NCBI GenBank assembly: GCA_041665325.1
Contig: JBAYJB010000003.1
Coordinates: forward strand, 1,502 to 65,501
Direction of reading: 5' to 3'
Source of the DNA: Minisyncoccota bacterium
GTDB taxonomy: Bacteria; Patescibacteriota; Minisyncoccia; Phycocordibacterales; PALSA-1337
Length of the DNA: 64,000 nt
Under the pieces are notes generated by a model, which saw nothing but the letters and a program-made list of their open reading frames with translations, was not told the DNA's origin and made no database searches. The stretch's first letter is position 1; the number at the start of each line of letters is the position of its first letter. The position numbers and the translations under genes were made by a program. Shown piece after piece: positions 62,527-64,000 of this stretch.

Positions 62527-63915
62527 ATGGCCAAGCCCAACAAAGTCCACTTCATCGGTATCTGCGGCGTCGCCATGTCCGCGGTCGCCACAGCCCTCCA
62601 CAAGAAAGGCTTCAAGGTCACCGGCTCCGACGCCGGCTTCTTCCCACCCATCTCCACCCACCTGACCAAGCTCGGCATCCCCTACTACGCCGGCTGGCAT
62701 CCCGAGAAGATGATCGAGGGCGGCAAGCCAGATCTCGTGATCGTCGGCAACGCTATCGGCACGACCAATCCCGAACTCCTCTACGTCAAGGAAAATAAAA
62801 TGACATTTAAGTCATATCCGGAAGCCATCGGCGAATTCCTCATCGCCAAGAATAGCATCGTCGCGGCCGGCACTTATGGCAAGACCACCTCGAGCGCGTT
62901 GCTCACACACATATTGAGACATGCAAAATGGAACCCTTCCTACATGATCGGTGGTCTGACGCAGGATGAGTATCCAGCCGCGGCTATCGACAGCACCGAG
63001 TGGAGCGTGGTCGAGGGCGATGAATACACCACAGCCAAGTGGGATCAACGGCCGAAGTTCGCGCACTACAAGCCGACGCATCTGCTTCTCACGGCAGTGA
63101 AGTGGGATCATGCCGATATTTATAAAACAGAGGAGAGTTATTTTGATGCGTTCCGCACACTGATTAAGGAACTACCGAAGCCGCAAAGCATCATCGTTTC
63201 CTGTTTGGACAGCGAGACAGCGCACAAACTCATAGACCAAGCAATCAGGGGCTTTGTCAGCTACGGTAAGTCTGAATTTGCCAGCTATCGTTATTCGGAT
63301 GTCGTGCAATCCAAGGACGGTTTGAAATTCAAGATCACGCACGATGATCTCATCCATGAGATAAAGAGTCCCCTACTGGGCGCTTACAATGCCGAAAACA
63401 TCACCGGCTGTTTTGCTATGGCGTACGAGATCGGCATACCGGCAGATAAGGTAGTCGAAGCGATCTCTTCATTCATGGGCATGAAGCGCCGCATGGAAAA
63501 GCGCTTAGATGGAAAAGTAACCGTCATTGACGACATCGCCCATTCACCGGAGAAAGCAAAATCTGTATTGAAAAATCTCCGAGAGATATACTCCGGCAAG
63601 ATCATCGCCGTCTATGAGCCGAACACCGGCAACCGGACACCGGAATCTATCCCCTCTTACAAAGACGCATTCAGAGACGCCGATGAAGTGATCGTGCCGG
63701 CATTGACCAAACTCAAGGTAGATGCCAAGGACACGGACAAGACATTCGATGGGGCAAAATTGGCAGAAGTGATCGGAAAAAACGCTAAATATATCGAGGA
63801 TGACGACACCTTAGTCACGCACCTTATCCAGGGACGAAAAGCTGGCGATGTCATCGCTTTCCTAGGCTCCCACGGCTTCCGTGGCATGATCGAGGAGACG
63901 GTTAAGAAGTTTTAA
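62527..63915 (+). CDS. murC: Mur ligase, MurC/Mpl family (UDP-N-acetylmuramate-L-alanine ligase, or a murein-peptide ligase).
   Basis: HFIGICGVAMSAVATALHKKGFKVTGSD...FPPISTHLTKLGI; ATP-binding GTYGKTTSSALL; typical Mur-ligase three-domain length. The FPP...LGI element resembles Mpl. A TAGAAT box sits 11 nt upstream. Start placed at Met52 of the listed ORF. Confidence 0.75.
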   Translation: MAKPNKVHFIGICGVAMSAVATALHKKGFKVTGSDAGFFPPISTHLTKLGIPYYAGWHPEKMIEGGKPDLVIVGNAIGTTNPELLYVKENKMTFKSYPEAIGEFLIAKNSIVAAGTYGKTTSSALLTHILRHAKWNPSYMIGGLTQDEYPAAAIDSTEWSVVEGDEYTTAKWDQRPKFAHYKPTHLLLTAVKWDHADIYKTEESYFDAFRTLIKELPKPQSIIVSCLDSETAHKLIDQAIRGFVSYGKSEFASYRYSDVVQSKDGLKFKITHDDLIHEIKSPLLGAYNAENITGCFAMAYEIGIPADKVVEAISSFMGMKRRMEKRLDGKVTVIDDIAHSPEKAKSVLKNLREIYSGKIIAVYEPNTGNRTPESIPSYKDAFRDADEVIVPALTKLKVDAKDTDKTFDGAKLAEVIGKNAKYIEDDDTLVTHLIQGRKAGDVIAFLGSHGFRGMIEETVKKF

Positions 63916-63935
63916 GGGAAAATAGGAATATGAAA

Positions 63936-63966
63936 ATGGCCCGGCTCCCTTCGGGAATCGGGCCAT
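63936..63966 (+). terminator. Hairpin (ATGGCCCG...CGGGCCAT, 8-bp stem) 20 nt after the murC-like stop.
   Basis: atggcccggctcccttcgggaatcgggccat. No clear U-tract within the window. Confidence 0.35.
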
Positions 63967-64000
63967 ATCGCTTGGCTAGCTAGGACAAGACTACTATCGT

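Noticed and set aside
1-64000. rRNA, tRNA, CRISPR, integrase or transposase genes.
   Set aside because: None recognised on either strand. The intergenic regions are short, and the longer ones (7309-7530, 11833-12016, 15751-16040, 54903-55642, 61893-62526) show promoter or terminator features but no tRNA-like cloverleaf signatures that I could discern by eye.

Overview
This 64-kb window looks like a small-genome, Patescibacteria/CPR-like bacterium. The taxonomic call is an inference from gene content and architecture. I made all calls by reading the six-frame translations and raw sequence; no database searches were run. I saw no rRNA, tRNA, CRISPR array, transposase or integrase.

- **Bases 1-7308 (minus strand):** the N-terminal ~2,436 codons of one giant, Gly/Thr/Ser-rich repetitive surface protein. 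It has an HTH-like cytoplasmic N-terminus, one TM helix, LVIVD-type ~50-aa repeats and large internal duplications. The ORF runs off the window edge, which is why the ORF track does not list it.
- **7.5-15.8 kb:** a small HTH protein, then a housekeeping block of gatB, obg, an AI-2E transporter, an MTH1-like Nudix hydrolase, secA and murB.
- **16-53 kb:** a ~37-kb surface-glycan island.
  - Export and polymer genes: an O-antigen-ligase/TPR protein and a Wzm/Wzt ABC exporter.
  - Embedded between wzm and wzt (19.2-24.3 kb): a five-gene cassette that matches, gene for gene, the Campylobacter jejuni O-methyl-phosphoramidate (MeOPN) pathway. The genes are an APS-kinase-like enzyme, a PEP-utilizing dikinase-like enzyme, a nucleotidyltransferase, a GATase-like hydrolase and a SAM methyltransferase. 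A sulfotransferase-fold/FkbM fusion follows.
  - Other glycan-island genes: five FkbM methyltransferase domains, about nine glycosyltransferases (GT4/GT2), two GT-C-type membrane glycosyltransferases, an rfbB homologue, a trifunctional SDR-cupin-C-methyltransferase protein and several unusual domain fusions.
- **53-64 kb:** a TraD/VirD4-like ATPase with a Pro-rich tail, a glycoside-hydrolase-like protein, rsmI, and a cell-wall block of ATP-grasp, NlpC/P60-like, mraY, an ATE/Bpt-like transferase and a murC/mpl-family ligase.

Two copies of a ~75-bp palindromic element sit inside coding sequence, one in secA and one in a GT-C gene, reminiscent of Rickettsia palindromic elements. Many genes have a TAnAAT hexamer 7-12 nt upstream of the ATG with no Shine-Dalgarno, which suggests leaderless mRNAs.
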